Below, piece by piece: positions 32,001 through 47,000 of a stretch of DNA of 64,000 nucleotides. Source of the stretch: Hydrolagus affinis (lineage: Eukaryota); contig JAAILG010001229.1 in assembly GCA_012026655.1 (NCBI GenBank), positions 1 to 64,000 on the forward strand, given 5' to 3'. The notes under the pieces are model-generated. The model worked only from the letters and a program-made list of their open reading frames with translations. It had not been told where the DNA came from and ran no database searches. Every line of letters starts with the position of its first letter. Position 1 is the stretch's first letter. The translations under genes were made by a program, and so were the position numbers.

Positions 32001-35000
32001 CTGTTCCTCTCTGCTCCTTGCCTGTTGCATTTCTCGCTGCAGTGCATCTAAACTGTGGATCAAAACAATGACGTAAATCCTAACTTACCCAACCCTGGGC
32101 GCCGTTTGCATCACTTCCCTCCCACACACAAGGGGGTCTTTCTGTACAATTGACCACTGAGACCACAGCAATTAAAGCTTATGCTATAAACGGCCGTGTA
32201 TGGATAATAATAACGATAATAATCCTTGCACTTGATATGGCGCCTTAACACACAATTCAAAACGTCTCAAAGTGCTTCACAGAATATATTGTCCAGTGGA
32301 TTTGTTGTGTATTTTCTGCTTATTTACTTTAGTCTGCAGAACAAAACTTTGGACTACAACGTTAAACTCAAACCTAGACTGGAGCAGCACAAGGGGATAG
32401 TATCAAACCATGGCTTTATACCTACCTTCCTGACGTTTTCTCCTTTTTCTGACAAATTGTCTGGAACTCAGAATTCTCTGCATACACGGCTTTGTTAATT
32501 TCCCTCAGAACACTCTCCTGTTCAGCCTTGTGTTTCTCAAGCTCCATCAGATCTGACTTCATCAGCCTGGAAGAAAAATCACTTGCTCTATTTCTGTTGT
32601 TGACTATCATTGCAGCTTTGAATTGTCTGTATCCTCAATATGGTATGGATAGATGTGTGTGTGGGGTGGGGGCAGGCAAAACCAAGACTCCTGTTTACAC
32701 TTTGAAACCTGTTTGCTCTTGTGCCTACCTAACTGTACAGCACCTTGGGACGTCCTCTCGACGTGAAAGGCACTATATAAATGTAAGTTTTGATTGATTG
32801 AATTAATAATCCTTGCATTTGATATAGTGCTTTTCACATCTTATCAACATCTCAAAGTGCTTCACAGAATATTCTGTAAAGTGAATTGACTGTATATTTG
32901 TGGGCGAAACACGGCAGCCAATTGTGCACAGTAGTGTCTCAAACAGTCGTGGATTGAAAATGACCAATTTTTATGATTGTGGTTTTTTTTGGACGGATTA
33001 TTAATAGGCGTGTGGAGTAAGGAAATTTGCCCAAGGATTCGCCCTGACCTGCTTGAATTCGAACACAGATGTCACGCTTGTAAGGCGAGTGCTCTAACCA
33101 CTGAGCTCCACAAGGAGCTCCACAAAATTACTAAGAACTGGAGTAGATCAGGCGTGGTAAAAGCAGACATGATTGAGAACAGTCTCTAGATGGTATGAAC
33201 AGAGCTCAACTCACATCTCAGAGCATCATTCCCTGCTACATAGTGTGTCCCATTTCCATTCTTTACAGTTAACTCACTCTGTGGAAAGCAGCATTCAGGA
33301 GTGTACACTAAGCTCAGTAACCATTAGGGACGATGTGAGCTGCACACAGCGTTAACTCTGCTCAGTACCTGAGCTGCTGCTCAGCTTCCACCAGCTTGAC
33401 CGCTGTTTCCTGCGCTCTTTGCTCCAGCTCCTCTGCGTCTCTTTCTGTCTCAGTCAAATGCTCGCTGGTGTCCCTGTACTGCTGGATCAAGTCTTTAGTC
33501 TGCAAAACCAGGAAAGAGAGCAACGTTTTCTTAAGCCGTGAGCGTTTCAATGCTATTACTAAATCTCCAGCTTTGTGAGTATCTGTAAGTAACGGGAAGG
33601 AAGATTGGGATTTAACCCGAACCAGGAATACCTTCTCCTCGGTACTTTCTAGGTGCTCCTTGGCCTCCGCCAGTCGCCGATCCGTGTCACGTAGCTCCGC
33701 TCTGCGCTTCAGCAGGGTTTGCTCAACACAGTCGATTTCATCAATGATTTCATCGTGCTCCTGGAGAGATTTTTCCATCTCAAATTCATTCATCAGCATG
33801 TCTATGTCGTCCTCCGGAAGGTCTCTGTGTAAAGAAATGAGCTTGACTTATTGTGTTATTATGCTAATGTACTATTGCTGCCTCTGTGCAGTATAAACAC
33901 TGTGCACAAGCTGACATGCTGTACTATCTATACAGTGAAAACCTCTCACCGATGATCAGTGATCATCCTCCTTTATGTTACTGAACTGAAGCTACGTTTA
34001 TTTTCCAGGGTTGATCTCAAACCTGTAATAATACTTTGCGTTTGACCTTGTCAAAACACCTCAAGGCACCTTAGGCAAGTCTCCTTACTCCGCACATGCC
34101 CCTGTATAAACTTGCAGTAAGTAGGAACCTGGTCATTATTCAATTGGCAGATTGCTTTTCCGGGGGTAATACTTACAAATTGGTCACTGAATCTGACTGA
34201 CTGTTTGTGGGACACCTCTGTGCGATTTGGCAGCAAAGTTTCTCCCCAGAAATACACAATCAATTCACTTTACAGCATATTCCGAAAGGGCTTGGAGCAG
34301 TTTGAATGATGTAATAAGGCGCTGTAATTTTGTCCCACAGGATGTCCTATGGAGTGTTGTGTGAACCTCTCACAGTGGAGATGCTGAGAGTCTGCTCTCT
34401 GGGGTGGGGGGGAAGAGGTTAAATTCTTACTTCCGTTTGCTGCGCTGCCGAGTCTCTTCGCGGGACTCCTGCATGTGCAGCTCCAGCTGATCCCTCTCGC
34501 GGCGGAGCTGACGGATGTCGTGGTGTAGCTGCTCAGCCTCCTGCCGTCGCTGACCCAGGCACTCGCCTGCCCTCTCCTCGTCCTCACGTCTCTGGCATCT
34601 CTGGTTAGCTATCACGCCCTCCAGCCGGGAGATCTCACTTTCCTGAGGAAATAAGCACATGTTCTGTTTACATCAAAATCAAGGCACCACTGACACAACT
34701 TGATCCAAATTAAGCCAATAATAACAGTAAGAATGCTTGCATTTGACACAGCACCTTATCATGCCGTTGAGATGTCTCACCGGATATACTGTAAAGTGGA
34801 GTGACTGTGTATGGTTCAGCTACCAGAAATTCCTCCTAGTCTTAGCCTGCGAGTCCTCAGTCTGAAAAATGTCAATTTAAGATTGTGTGGACAATGTTGA
34901 AATTTGGTCTGAACCCAGAAAAATAAAAAGCAGATTGGTATCACTTTAATCTAAAGTTCTGGTGCGACAGAATGGCGTGTTGCAACGTCCTCCCGATGTG

Positions 35001-38000
35001 AAAGGCGCATATATAATTTGTTGTGTCACGCACTGTCTTTTTGTCCCCCAAATATACAGTCAATTCACTTTACAGTATATTGTGTGATGCACTTTGAGAC
35101 ATCTCAAAAGGCGTGATAAGGCGTTACATCAAATGCAAGGATTATTATTTCGACTTTGTTTTAGAGACTGAGCTCTCTCTCTCTCTCTGTCCATCTGTCT
35201 CTCTATACAAGGTGTGTGAGGAGGTACTAATGGCCTTACCAGGTTGTGGTGCTCGTGGACATTGCAGTGCAAGACGCCAACAGGAATGAGAGGAATGGAG
35301 AAGTTGGCGGGGGGTGGGCCGTAGATGACTTGCGCTCCGGCGGGAGGAGGTCCGTAGATGACGGTACCGGGGGAGGGAGGTCCGCCGTTGGCCGGGGCTG
35401 TGGGAGGAGGTCCGTACACAGTGTTGCCCTGAGGTACCGGAGCGCCGTCGGGGAGCATGGTGTAGATCACCGAACCGGCCGGCGGCACGAATGGCCTCCT
35501 GGCCAGGTCGCTGTCGTCACTCTCGCTCCCCCTCTCCCCGTCACCTGCAAATGATACAAGATTTCGCTCACCATTGACTACACTCAAGTGTAACCTGATT
35601 ACACTCACTCTACACCCTCATTATACCTACCCCACATGATCAAAACGCATTCATTTGTCCGACGTGATAAGGCGCTGTATCAAATGCAATGATTATTATC
35701 ATAACCAGGTGTGGGTGATGTTTAATTACTGTGATCTCTGTTGACTTTAATAATAATAATCCTTCCAATTTGGTATTGCGCCTTTTCAAAGACATCTCAA
35801 AGCTCTTCACAGGATATATTGTAAAATGACTTGACTGTATATTTTGTGGATGAAATAGGGCACCCAATTGTGCACAGCAACGTCCCACAAACAGTTGTGG
35901 ATTGAGGTGACCAATTTGCTACAGTATATTCATTTGGGTTTTGAACGAATTATTACCTCTGCAAAAGCGATCTGGCAATGGGCTCAACAACCGGGCTCCT
36001 ACTTACTGTTACATAAACAGAGGCATGTGGAGTAAGGAAACTTGTTCAACAATGATAAAAGATTGGTTCACCATTGATTCCCTCTCCTCCCTCCACCCCA
36101 TTGCCTATCTCCTACAAAAAAAAGTGACATACGGAAATTTGGGAGGAAACTGTATGAAGAGTAAATAAGTAAGAGGGAAGACAGGGAAATGAGAACAAAA
36201 AATCAAATATGATGGAAAAGATGGAACACCAGAGACTCTGGGCGGAATGATCTCCAGCTATTCCTGTATTTGGGCTTTGGTCCTTTAGAAATTATGTGCA
36301 GCCTGGAAATCAATGCCTTACTCAACCTGCATTCAGCGCCTTGGGATGTTCTCCCGACGTGAAAGGCGCTCTACAAATGTAATTATGCTGTTTGTAGTTG
36401 TTGTTGTTGCATTGTGTTTTAGCATTAAGCAAACGGACGCTTCACAATGTCAGTTTATTAATGCCATAATCAGCCATGATCAAACAGAGTGGCGGAAAAG
36501 GCTTGAGAGGGGCTGAGCAACTTACTCCTGTGCCTATGTATCAGCCTGGGTTCCCATCGCTTTCCTTATGTGTGGAGCCCCTGTAGCTCAGTGGTTAGAG
36601 CACTCGCCTTACAAGTGTGAGACTTGTGTTTGAATCCAGGCAGGTCAGGGCGAAACCTTGGGCAAGTTTCCTTACTCCACACACACGCCTAATAATAATC
36701 CCTCCAAAAAAAACACAATAATAAAATTGGTCATTTCAATCCACGACTGTTTGTGGGGACGCTGCTGTGCACAATTGGCTGCTGTGTTTCACCCACAAAT
36801 GTACAGTCAATTCACTTTACAGTATATTCTGTGAAGCGCTTTGAGACGTCGATAAGACGTGAAAAGCGCTATATCAAATGCAAGGAATATTATTATTCTA
36901 TAATCATAGACAAGAGCTTTAAAGTCAATCAAATGTACCCAAGCGATCCCTCCTGTGACAAGCCGTACCTACCTCTCTCTGGCGGGGTCCTCTGTGAGGT
37001 GTGTCTGATGGGGGAGTAAACCCAATGTCCCACAGCAGGTGCTCCAGGCCTGGACCCCCATCCTCGGCTCGGAGACGGTGGCACTTGATACTGAGACCCC
37101 AGTCCAGAGTCTTTGGTCTGACTGCTCTGAGACAGGAGGCTCGAAGGCTAAAACATAAATGGAAATAATAACTTGATAATAACTTGCACTTGATATAGCT
37201 CCTTATGACATTGCTGAGACGTCTCAGAGCGCTTCACAGAATATATTGCAAAGTGGAGTGACTGCGTATTATGTAACAGAAACTCCCACAAAGAAAAGGA
37301 GGGGTTAAAAAAAAAATCAACATTGATATCTCGGGCAGTTCAAATCCTCTCTAAATACAGTCAAGGCGCCATCACTAACACCAGCTAACATTTTGCTTCT
37401 AAAAAAAAAGTTACTCAACAACAATTTGCATTTATATACCTCCCCTCAGGCAGGGTAGCGCCCCAGAGCGCTCGACAGTGGCCGAGCAAGAGGGAGGGGG
37501 TGACAGTAATCAGAAGGAAAGCGCTGAGCGGATTCTGTGCTTCTCTCACCTTTGGTGGTGCCGGCACAAAGTACCAGTAGCCTCTCCTGTTGAAGGGATC
37601 AGTCATGGTGGTGATGTGGTCATTCTGTTTGGCCAGGGCCTTCCTGAGGGCGCTGATTTCACTGATTAAGTCTGCGATCTCCCCTGAGTTACCTGAAAGA
37701 AACAATATAACATGATCTTTCCTGGTCAACTGAAGGCAGAATGCACAAGTTTGCAAAGCTAAGCACATACCAGTGTATCAACAACAACAACATGCATTTA
37801 TATAGCGTGTTCCAGGTGGCGTAGCTTCACAGTAGCGGAGTCTGACAACCTTTAGGAAACTTTGCACTGCCTGAGACCACCCCTGTCTTTGGCATCATCG
37901 CTGCAATACAAGCACAGAGGCCCCCACTGTGTCCAGAGATAGTTACCCCGACAAGACTTCCTCAGTTGGATCTAAATGGAGCACCCAGAGCACCCCTTCT

Positions 38001-41000
38001 TCCGCCTCCCGCTGGCTCGGCCCCGGGATCTGTTATTGGGAAGCGCTCTGAGACGCCATCTGGCATGGTGGACGCTATATAAATACAAGTTGTTATTGTT
38101 GCTTAACATGTTAGTCAAAGCAGGCGCTGAGCACCTGAAGCTCACCCTCTCTGACGGAGTCCAGCAGCTCCCGGAGACGCTTCACATCCGCTCGCTGGCG
38201 GGTCAGAGCTCGCTTCAATTGATCGATCTCCAGCTGTTGGGTATTCGAGGCGTTTTCTCCTGCATCAAATTTCTGCATTTCGTCTGAAATCTAGAAACAC
38301 CAATTACACTGGGGTTAAAACATACAGCTAGGGAACAACCTTGTAACAGACTGTATCTAAACACTGTGCCATAAAGCACAGATACTGAATGTCTCGGACT
38401 TGTCATGGGAGGGAGGCTCGCCCCAAAACATGCATAAATACTTGTTACAGTATTATGTAACATAATACATCGCCTTCGGTCACTTTCCTATCTCTACCCT
38501 CCCCGTTCTTCATTCTCTTCCTGATCCCAGCCACCAGCGTGTCAGCGCCTTGGGATGTTCTCCTAACATGAAAGGTGCTGTGCAACTGTAACTTGTTATC
38601 TCACTAACCCAGGGCTGTCGGCACTCACCTGTCTCTCTCTCTCCTTCAAGAGATTCTGTAGTAGATCGATTTCAGCCTCTGCTTTCACCAGGTCCTGAGC
38701 AGCACGTGCAGCCTCAGCCCGGAAGCTCTCCACTGCCAGCAATTCCTGAGGAACAGACACAGATCAGCAGTGAGACTCAACAGTGTATTTTGGAAATCAC
38801 GTTTAAATTTGCCTTTTATATAAATTAATTTTAAAAAAACTAATTTTGCTGTAATTTCTGAACCCGATTTGGAAGTGTATGATAGAATACAATAATAGTA
38901 ATAATAATCGTAATACAATAATAATTGAATTTGATAAAATGCCATCGTTGAAAAGTATCAAAGCACTTCACAGAATATAATAATAATAATCCTTGCATTT
39001 GATGTAACATCTTATCAGGTCTTCAATATGTCTCAAATACGCTTCACAGAATACACTGTAAGGGGAATTCACTGTGTATTGTATACTACAAAGGCGAAGA
39101 CCTGGGTAGGATTCCTGGCAGGACGAAATGTTCAGCAAGTTTCCTTACTCTGCATGCCTCTGTTTACCTAGCAGTAAGCAGGAACCCTGTTGTTAGTCAA
39201 TTGGTGGATTGCATTACCGGGGGTACTAATTCCACCGAAATAAAAATAATTTGGTCACTGAATCCACGTCTGTTTGTGGGACACTGCTGTGAGCAATCGG
39301 CTGAGGGGTTTTATCCACACGATATACAGTCAATTGCCTTCATGAGACATCTCGAAGACCCGATAAGGCACTATATCAAATGCAAGGATTAGTAGTATTT
39401 TATGGGTGATATCCATCTATCCCAAGTCACCTGCGCTCGGTTGCGGTTGAGCTTGCGGACGGTTCCTTGCAGAGCTGCCAGCTGATCTTTGGTAGCGGAG
39501 AGCTGCCGGGCAGCTGTGTGGTCAGCAGCAGACACCGTAGTCTTCAAATCGTTCAACTCTCCATCAAGACTGAGCAGCTGCTGGTGCGTTCTAGCTTCTT
39601 CCATCTTATTCTGAAATCAGCAACACAAGCGCATCAGAATGTGCTCAGCACAAAGAAGACCAAGGTCCATCCAGTTCGCCTTCCGCCATCTTGGCAGCGG
39701 TATCCACAACTATATACTGTCTCCCAACAGAAATCTGCCTAATTTGTTCTTGAAAGATCAACACTTCCGGTCCATCATTCTCACTCCATCCCTATGGATT
39801 ATCTAGCAGAGTGACAGCTTACCTAAACTTGACTGCTCATAAAGGCTGCGCTCAACAACCTTTGGAACAGACATCTCAGGAACCTTCTCTCCACACTTTC
39901 TCGCATAACTGTGTTTGTAAAGAAACTGGATCAAACCTTTTGGAGAGTATAGGCTGAAAACATTTAAACATTACAGTGACTTTCGATTATGGTATGTTTG
40001 TGGCAACTATCACCTTATTTTCCCTGTCTTCCAGTTCGGCTAACAGCTTCTCTCGGTCCTCGTCGGCCTCCTGCAGTTTTTGGTCCATCAGAGACTGCAG
40101 TTTCTGCATGTTCTTCAGCTGCTGCTGTAGTTCCAGAGTCTCCCTCTGTAACCGCTGTTCCTTTGCCTCGTTCAGTCCCTTCTCAGAGTCCACCTGAAAC
40201 ACAACGACAACAAGCTACATTTATGCAGCGCCTTTCACATCGGGAGGATGTCCCGAGGCGCTGGACAGTAAGGGATTTGGACCCAAGAAGGGGGTTGGGA
40301 TCAGGAAGGTGGGATTGTGAAAAGGAAACAAAGTGTGCGTTTAACTGGAACACGTCACTACACAATTAACCTTTTCTATACCCTCAAGTTAAATCGATGC
40401 ACGTTTAATCTCTCACCACTTCTCCAATAACTTGCCTTTGTTCCAAGCTCAGATCAGCGTTATAAACTGTGAAACACTTTCATTTCCCCATGAGATCCAG
40501 TGCTGACATCCCCAGAACAACAATAATCCCTGAATTTGCTTTTGGTTATCGCCATTGCTCAGATTTAACAAGGTAAGTTTCACTATAACTCTGTCAGCCT
40601 GGGCTGGATTTAAACCCAGCTGCTAATAATAATAACAATAATTCTTATTACAAGGGAGAGAACAAAGTGAAGAAATTGTGGGATGGAGAGAGGGCAGAGA
40701 GGCTGAAGGCACGACCGGCGATGGTAAAGTATAATCATAGAAATCTTACAGGACAGGAGGCCAGTCGGCCCACAGTGCCTGTGCCAGCTCTTTCGAAAAG
40801 CTACCAATCAGTGCCACATTCACTCTCTTTCCCCATAACAACAACTTACATTTATATAGCCTCTTCACTTGCTTTTACATAGACTCTCACATCAACAACA
40901 ACAACAAAATTACATTTGTATAGCAACATTCATGTCAGGATGACAAACCAAGGTGTTGGACAGTCAGCGTTTCAGACCCGAGCTGGTGTTGGGATCGAGG

Positions 41001-44000
41001 AGGGTGGAGGGAAGGGAGGGCAAGCGGGTGATTGATGGCACCGTCGAAGAGGAGGGTCGTAAGGTAGGACTTGAAGGAGGCTAAAGAGGGGGTGAGGCGG
41101 AGGGATTGCAGACTGGAATTCCAGAGGCTGGGGGCCAAGTGGCTGAAGGCTTGCCCAGCGATGGTGGGGTGGGTCGGGAGACATGAAGCAGGCCGGAGCC
41201 TGCTGAGCTGAGGTGGTGGGCAGGTTATTAGGGGGTTAGGAGATTACAGAGGTAGGTTGGGGCAAGGCCACGGAGAGCTTTAAATGTGAGGACCAGGATC
41301 TTCTGATGTCCTCCTGACATGAAAGGCGCTATACAAGTGTAAGTTTGTTGTTGTTGTCAAATTGAATCCTCTGAATGGAGTCAGGCAAGAATGGGGCAGA
41401 AGGTGTCACAGAGTTTGGTGTGGTAGATGACACAGGCTGTAGAGTTCTGGATGATCTGCAGCCTATGGACGGAGGAGTTGGGAACGCCGACAAGCAGGGC
41501 GTTGGCATAGTTGAGCTTGGACGTGATGAAGGCATGAATGGGTTTCAGCAGCCTAAGGGGTGAGGATTATGTTAAGTAGAACTCCATGCACCTATGCCAC
41601 ACTTTGGACATAAATATTTTTCCATCAACTGCACGTGTGAACAATATACTCCAATAGGAAGGAGTTACAACAAAATATTATTCCAATCTACCATGTCAAG
41701 GTACGAAGGAGATCAGGGCGAGGCAGCACCTGATAATCTATGAGTAAGACTTCTGCTGTTGTGCAATATTTGAGTCTTAAACGTAGAGGAAATAAGAGTA
41801 AGATTGGTTTGCCTTATAGCTAAAACATTCGGCGATCTCCGTCCACTGTTTGAGCTCTATTATATCAAGCCAGTTTGACGATCGACCTTGGCATCACTCG
41901 CTAGTTACCTGAGCCTCTGCAGCTCTCTCACAAGCTGCCTTGTAATCCTCCTGAGCTCTTTTCAGTTTACTCCGCAGCGCCTCCATTTCCGCTTCAATCT
42001 TCCTTTGATGTCGGAACGCTTCTGCCTTCTCCAGCTCGGAGCGATCGAGGATGGCACGGAACTGCAGCTGGAGTTCATTAAGGTTCCTTCCCAAAACATC
42101 TCCTTGGTTGTAAGGTCTAGAGTTGAGGGATAAGGTTTCTGTCTAGGGAGCATTCGCATCAACAAAGAGGAGGACTTTCAAATCAGAGCTAAGCAGATGA
42201 AAGGGGGAATCAAGAAAAAGATGCCTTTGCAGATGTGAGTCTACAGTAATATTGCCACAGAAAGTAATAGAGTTGAATGAGGTGTTCGAGAGAGAGATGG
42301 AGAGAGAGAGAGAGAGAGATACTTAGTGAATAAAGATAAGGGGTTTGAAGATAAGGGGTTTGAAGATAAGGCAAAGAAATAGAATTGAAGAATTGCCATA
42401 GACTTAATGGCAGAGCAGGTCAACGGGCCAAATGGCCATTCCTATTTCTACAAGTGAATTTCTAATAAACCCTAAGCCACATTGTACAGTGAAGCCTCAT
42501 TAGAACGGGACAAAGATAGCCTTTGCAAGCACCCAAAGCTTCCCCTCGTGCTGAGGCCAGACCTGATTTCCCGTAAGCCGTCCTCCAGCTTTCTTTTCAG
42601 ATCAGAGACGCGAGCGGACACCTCCTCGGGGCGAATCATTGTCTTATTCATCTGATCCATCTGAGCATGCACATCGTGAAGCTGCTCCTTCAACAAGCTA
42701 TTGTCAGTCTGTACGGACAGCAACACGGGTATGATATACGTATGTCACTACACAGAACACACACACACAATCCTGATTTGTGAAACTGCTATTACAATAA
42801 CAAAATTCGATTCAGGTTCTCATCACCAGATGAATAATCTCCTGTGGTTATTCTTATGGAGAGATTGTAAACTGTTGCAGACATATAAAGCTCACAGTAA
42901 GAAGACCTGGGAGATTTTCCACTCAGCAGGCTCGGCTACGAAACTGTAGATGCAAAGTTAGTGCCAATATAATCCAAGACAATGTCTAAACATGCTCAGA
43001 GTGACCAAAAAGTCGTGATACCATTACAATTTCTAATAAGTCGTAAAGAAATGATGATTTTTGTTTAAATAATAGGGTAGATATCATCACATTTTGGTCA
43101 CACTGTACATCTGGATTGGCCAACAGTGTAGTGTCACTGTAGGTGACCGGATCATTTCCAAACCTTCTCAGAACAATTTCTTTGTTGATTGGTGAACGTT
43201 GAATATTTCTTTACAATGTCCATAATAATAATAAATCCAGTAAAATAAATCCAGCTGATCTCTCAATAACACATCAATCAAGATCACAAAATCCTAATAG
43301 TGAGAGGATCCTCAATAGTTGTGTCTGTTAATGATGAGCAAGTTCTTACACTGAACACACCGGGACAGAAACCAATTTGTGCTTGTACCCAAACATAGTC
43401 GACCCTGGTAGCGATGAACAAGCTTTGCTACACTACCATTTCGCTCACAAAATACAGTCGATTCACTTTCTAGTATATCCTGTGAAGCGCTCTGAGAGAG
43501 ACTTAATGGAGCTATATCAAATGTAAAGATTATTACTATTTAATCAATATCCAGCAATGCAATAATCCCATGTTAAATGACAGACAGACTTGAACTTACC
43601 TGCAAGCAATTTAGTTGTGCAGCTATCTGTCTGTCGGCACGTTCATTTTCAGCTGCTGCTTGAGCCTGGGCTATAGCGTTTTCTACGGCTTGCCTCTCCT
43701 TTTGCAGTTCATCATGCAAAGCAGATTGTTCCATCTGGAAGCAACGAATTAGCCTGTGACTCTCAGCTGATACACTTAGATCGTAGAGTGAACCAGGATA
43801 CTTGTTAATAATAATTTGGTCACTCAACCCATGACTGTTTGTGGGACGCCACTGTGCACAATTGGCTGCCGAGTTTCGCTCACAAAATATACCATCAATT
43901 CACTTTACAGTAATTCTGTGAAGTGCTTTGAGACGTCTCGAAGACATGATCAGGCGTATATCAAACGCAAGGATTACATTATGTATTATTATTGTTGTAA

Positions 44001-47000
44001 GAAGCCTCAAAACCTCCTTGAATATTGATAATCTAGGTATTGGTGGAATCATAGCAGCCCCCCACCCCTACCCACAGAAGATGCCTAGCCCTGGGGATAT
44101 AATAATAATCCTTTGATTTGATATAGCGCTTTTCACTTCTTCTGGATGTCTGAAAGACATATAGAGCACCTTTCAGATCCCAAGGCAGTGGACAGTCAAG
44201 GGTTGTGAAGCAGCGCTAATCAGACAAAGCCATGATATGGTACTATATCAAATGCAAGGATTATTATTATTATTTAAGTTGCAGGGCTGAGGGTGTGGTT
44301 TACCTGACTGAGTTTGCGCAGTCGCTCTAGGTCCTCTCTCAGACGGTTTGCTTCGATGTCTCTCGCTTGCAGCTGGGATTCCAGTTCAGCCTCGTATTCA
44401 CTCAGGTTGCCCTGAGCTTGGCGCAGAGAATCGTTCAGTTCCTGCTGTTCTTGCAAAGAGCGCTCCAGCTCATTCATCTCCTACCAGGGAAGCCAAACAG
44501 CCAGTTAGTGGGAGTCAGCCAGCATGTTCAGGGTCCACCGAGTAAATTCACTGCTTACAATTTAAAAGCAGTCATTCTGCAGTTATACCGCTTGCCACGC
44601 AAGCTTATCATCATAGAATGGTGCAGCACAGAGACACGGCATTCAGCTCAGCATGTCTATGCTGGGATTTTCCCCATGCAAATGATCTGATCTAAGCTAC
44701 TCTCCCACTCGATCGCCACCCCTTCTAACATTCCTTCTTAATCAAACATCTGGAAGAGTGAGAAGGTGGTTGCGAGGGGCAGGGTGGGGGGGTGGGGGAT
44801 AAAGTGGGAAGAGAGTTAGGCTGCGTCACATTTCTAATCAACACGTTCAGTTTCTAAAACTAGACTCCGTCTTAGACTGCAGAGCTTCAGGTCTCTCTCG
44901 CCTCCTGTGTTTGTTGCTGGATGTCCAGCGTTGCTGAATTGGTTCTAACTGAGCTCAGGGTTTATTCTTGGCGAAGGCCGGAACACTCAAACGTGTGGGG
45001 CCAGTACCTTTCGGAGGTTTTCCGCATCCATGGCCACAATCTCCAGCTGGTTCTTTTCTTGTTCCACCAGAGCCAGGCGATGTGAGAGCTCCTCCTTCTC
45101 TCTCTGCAGCTCCCCGCACTCCTCGCGAGCTTGCCTTGCCTGCCCCTTCACGCTTTCCAGATACTCCTGCAGCCCAGCTATAATACCCTCCAGATCCTGC
45201 TTCAGTGCTTCGTTCGCTGCTATTTGGCCTGTTCAAAGCAGAGCCGGGCAAGTTAACTATTGGTGTGCTGCTGTGACAGTTACACTAATTGACCGAGTGG
45301 GTTAGTTTCACAAAACAATTCTGTTTACAGTATATTCTGCAAAGCATTTTGAGACCTCTTCGAAGACGTGTTAAAGTGCTTTATCAAATGCAAGGATTAT
45401 TATTGCAGAGTTCTACGCTAATCAGAAGGACAAAAACAACAACATCAATAAATTACATTTCTATAGCGTCTTTCACTGTCAGGAGGACATCCCAAAGTGC
45501 TGAACAGTCAGGGATCCGCAACCAAAATGACGGTTGGGATCAGGAAGGGTGGAGGACGGGGAGGGGTAGGAGGGTGACCAAAGGCATGGTTGAAACTAGT
45601 CTTGAAGGAAGCAATGGAGGGGGAGAAGGCACAGAAACTAGCTAAAGAGCAATTCATCAAGGTTTCTCCACAGGTCCTTAATTTGTTTCTTTAAAAGGAA
45701 TGGAAATATTCTATTTCCGAATTTCTGTTTTAATCCTTATTTATCTTACTCAACTTTTCCTCCCACTTTGTGTCTTTCAACACACTCACAATGGCATTCT
45801 GCTGCCTAGCACCTTGTCTAGTTTACTATCTCTCAGCTCGTTTCAGAGACAGGCTGTGAGAATTCCTTCTCAGGCCATCGGGCGAATGTATTTTCACCTG
45901 AACGCACTCGCCTGTCACTTGCAGGAGGTGGATTTCACAGCATTGTTGTTAAACATGCCCTTTGCCCTCTCTGTAACTGCACCCTCATCAGATACCTTCT
46001 GTCAGCTGCTCCTCCAGCTCCTTGATGTCCTCGGTTTCCTGAGCAATACGAGAGAGGACTTCATCCAGTCGCTTCTCCAGCTGCTTGTAATGTTTGGACA
46101 TTGCGTCAAGCTGCTGGGCTTTACTGACCATCTGAGCCTTCAAATGAGCCTAAAGAGACAGATCAGGCCACTTTTACTAAACTGTGGTCACTATTACCTT
46201 TATTACTACTACTAATAATAATAATATTCTTGAAGATGATGTACATAAATAATCATTTTATATACAGTAATATAAAGCTATGGTATATGAATGCACAATG
46301 ATTATTTGTATCCAAATCAAGAATAGTTTCCACGCAAGGCACCTACACATAAAAATTACTGTAAACTACACGAAAAAATTACAATGCGATGCTCACTCAC
46401 TTAATTCCGGAGAGTATTTAGCACAGGCTCACAATCGAAGATGGGCTTTGTAACTAAACTTTTGGTACAGCCAATGTATTTTTTTTTAAACTAGCCCATA
46501 AGTTACCTTCAGACAACGATTGAAGTTTAAACACATCCCTCAGACTACTCCACTCACAATCTTCAGGTGGAATCCCTGGTAAATGGGAGAGAATCTCGCC
46601 CAAGTCTCAACCACACCTCCAAGCGTCACTTAAATGACCTTACTCCAGGGTTGAAGGACAACAGGCATGGTTGTAATAGCTTACACAGGCTGATGAGATT
46701 GCCAGCATACTCACACTTCCAAACTTAAGACAAGGCAAATATCAGTCACTTCACATTTTGATTTGCCCTGATATTACCTGTGATGCCACACCACGGCCAG
46801 GCGCTGCCTGATAATTTAAACACAAACGCACAATAAGACAGTTTAGGAGAGGTGAAAGAACTGTTCAGGACTAATAGGATGAATAGGTGACTCAAGTGTT
46901 TGAACATATTAGCTTTGGCAGTGATACTGGGGTGGGCTGTACAGAAAAACAACAACAAAATTACATTTGTATACATTTGTGTGTGTATTAAGAAGTGGGG

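Noticed and set aside
33931-34027. TACAG...CTGTA-bounded segment as another Tigger MITE
   Set aside because: The terminal match is too short and degenerate to support a call.
36753-37019. Recurrent ORFs such as '[15 protein letters not shown]...YIKCKDYYY' suggesting a small-protein family
   Set aside because: These are translations of the SINE 3' half, with variable frames and ends.
45988-45995. GTATCT donor as a possible U12 intron
   Set aside because: It lacks the GTATCCTT consensus and a TCCTTAAC branch site.
45700-46215. 171-aa + strand ORF and other antisense ORFs over CNTRL exons
   Set aside because: They are shadow frames of coiled-coil codons, with no splice or start support.
46731-46770. 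Short hairpin GGCAAAT..CA/TGATTTGCC as a miRNA candidate
   Set aside because: The stem is only about 11 bp and imperfect, too short for a pre-miRNA.
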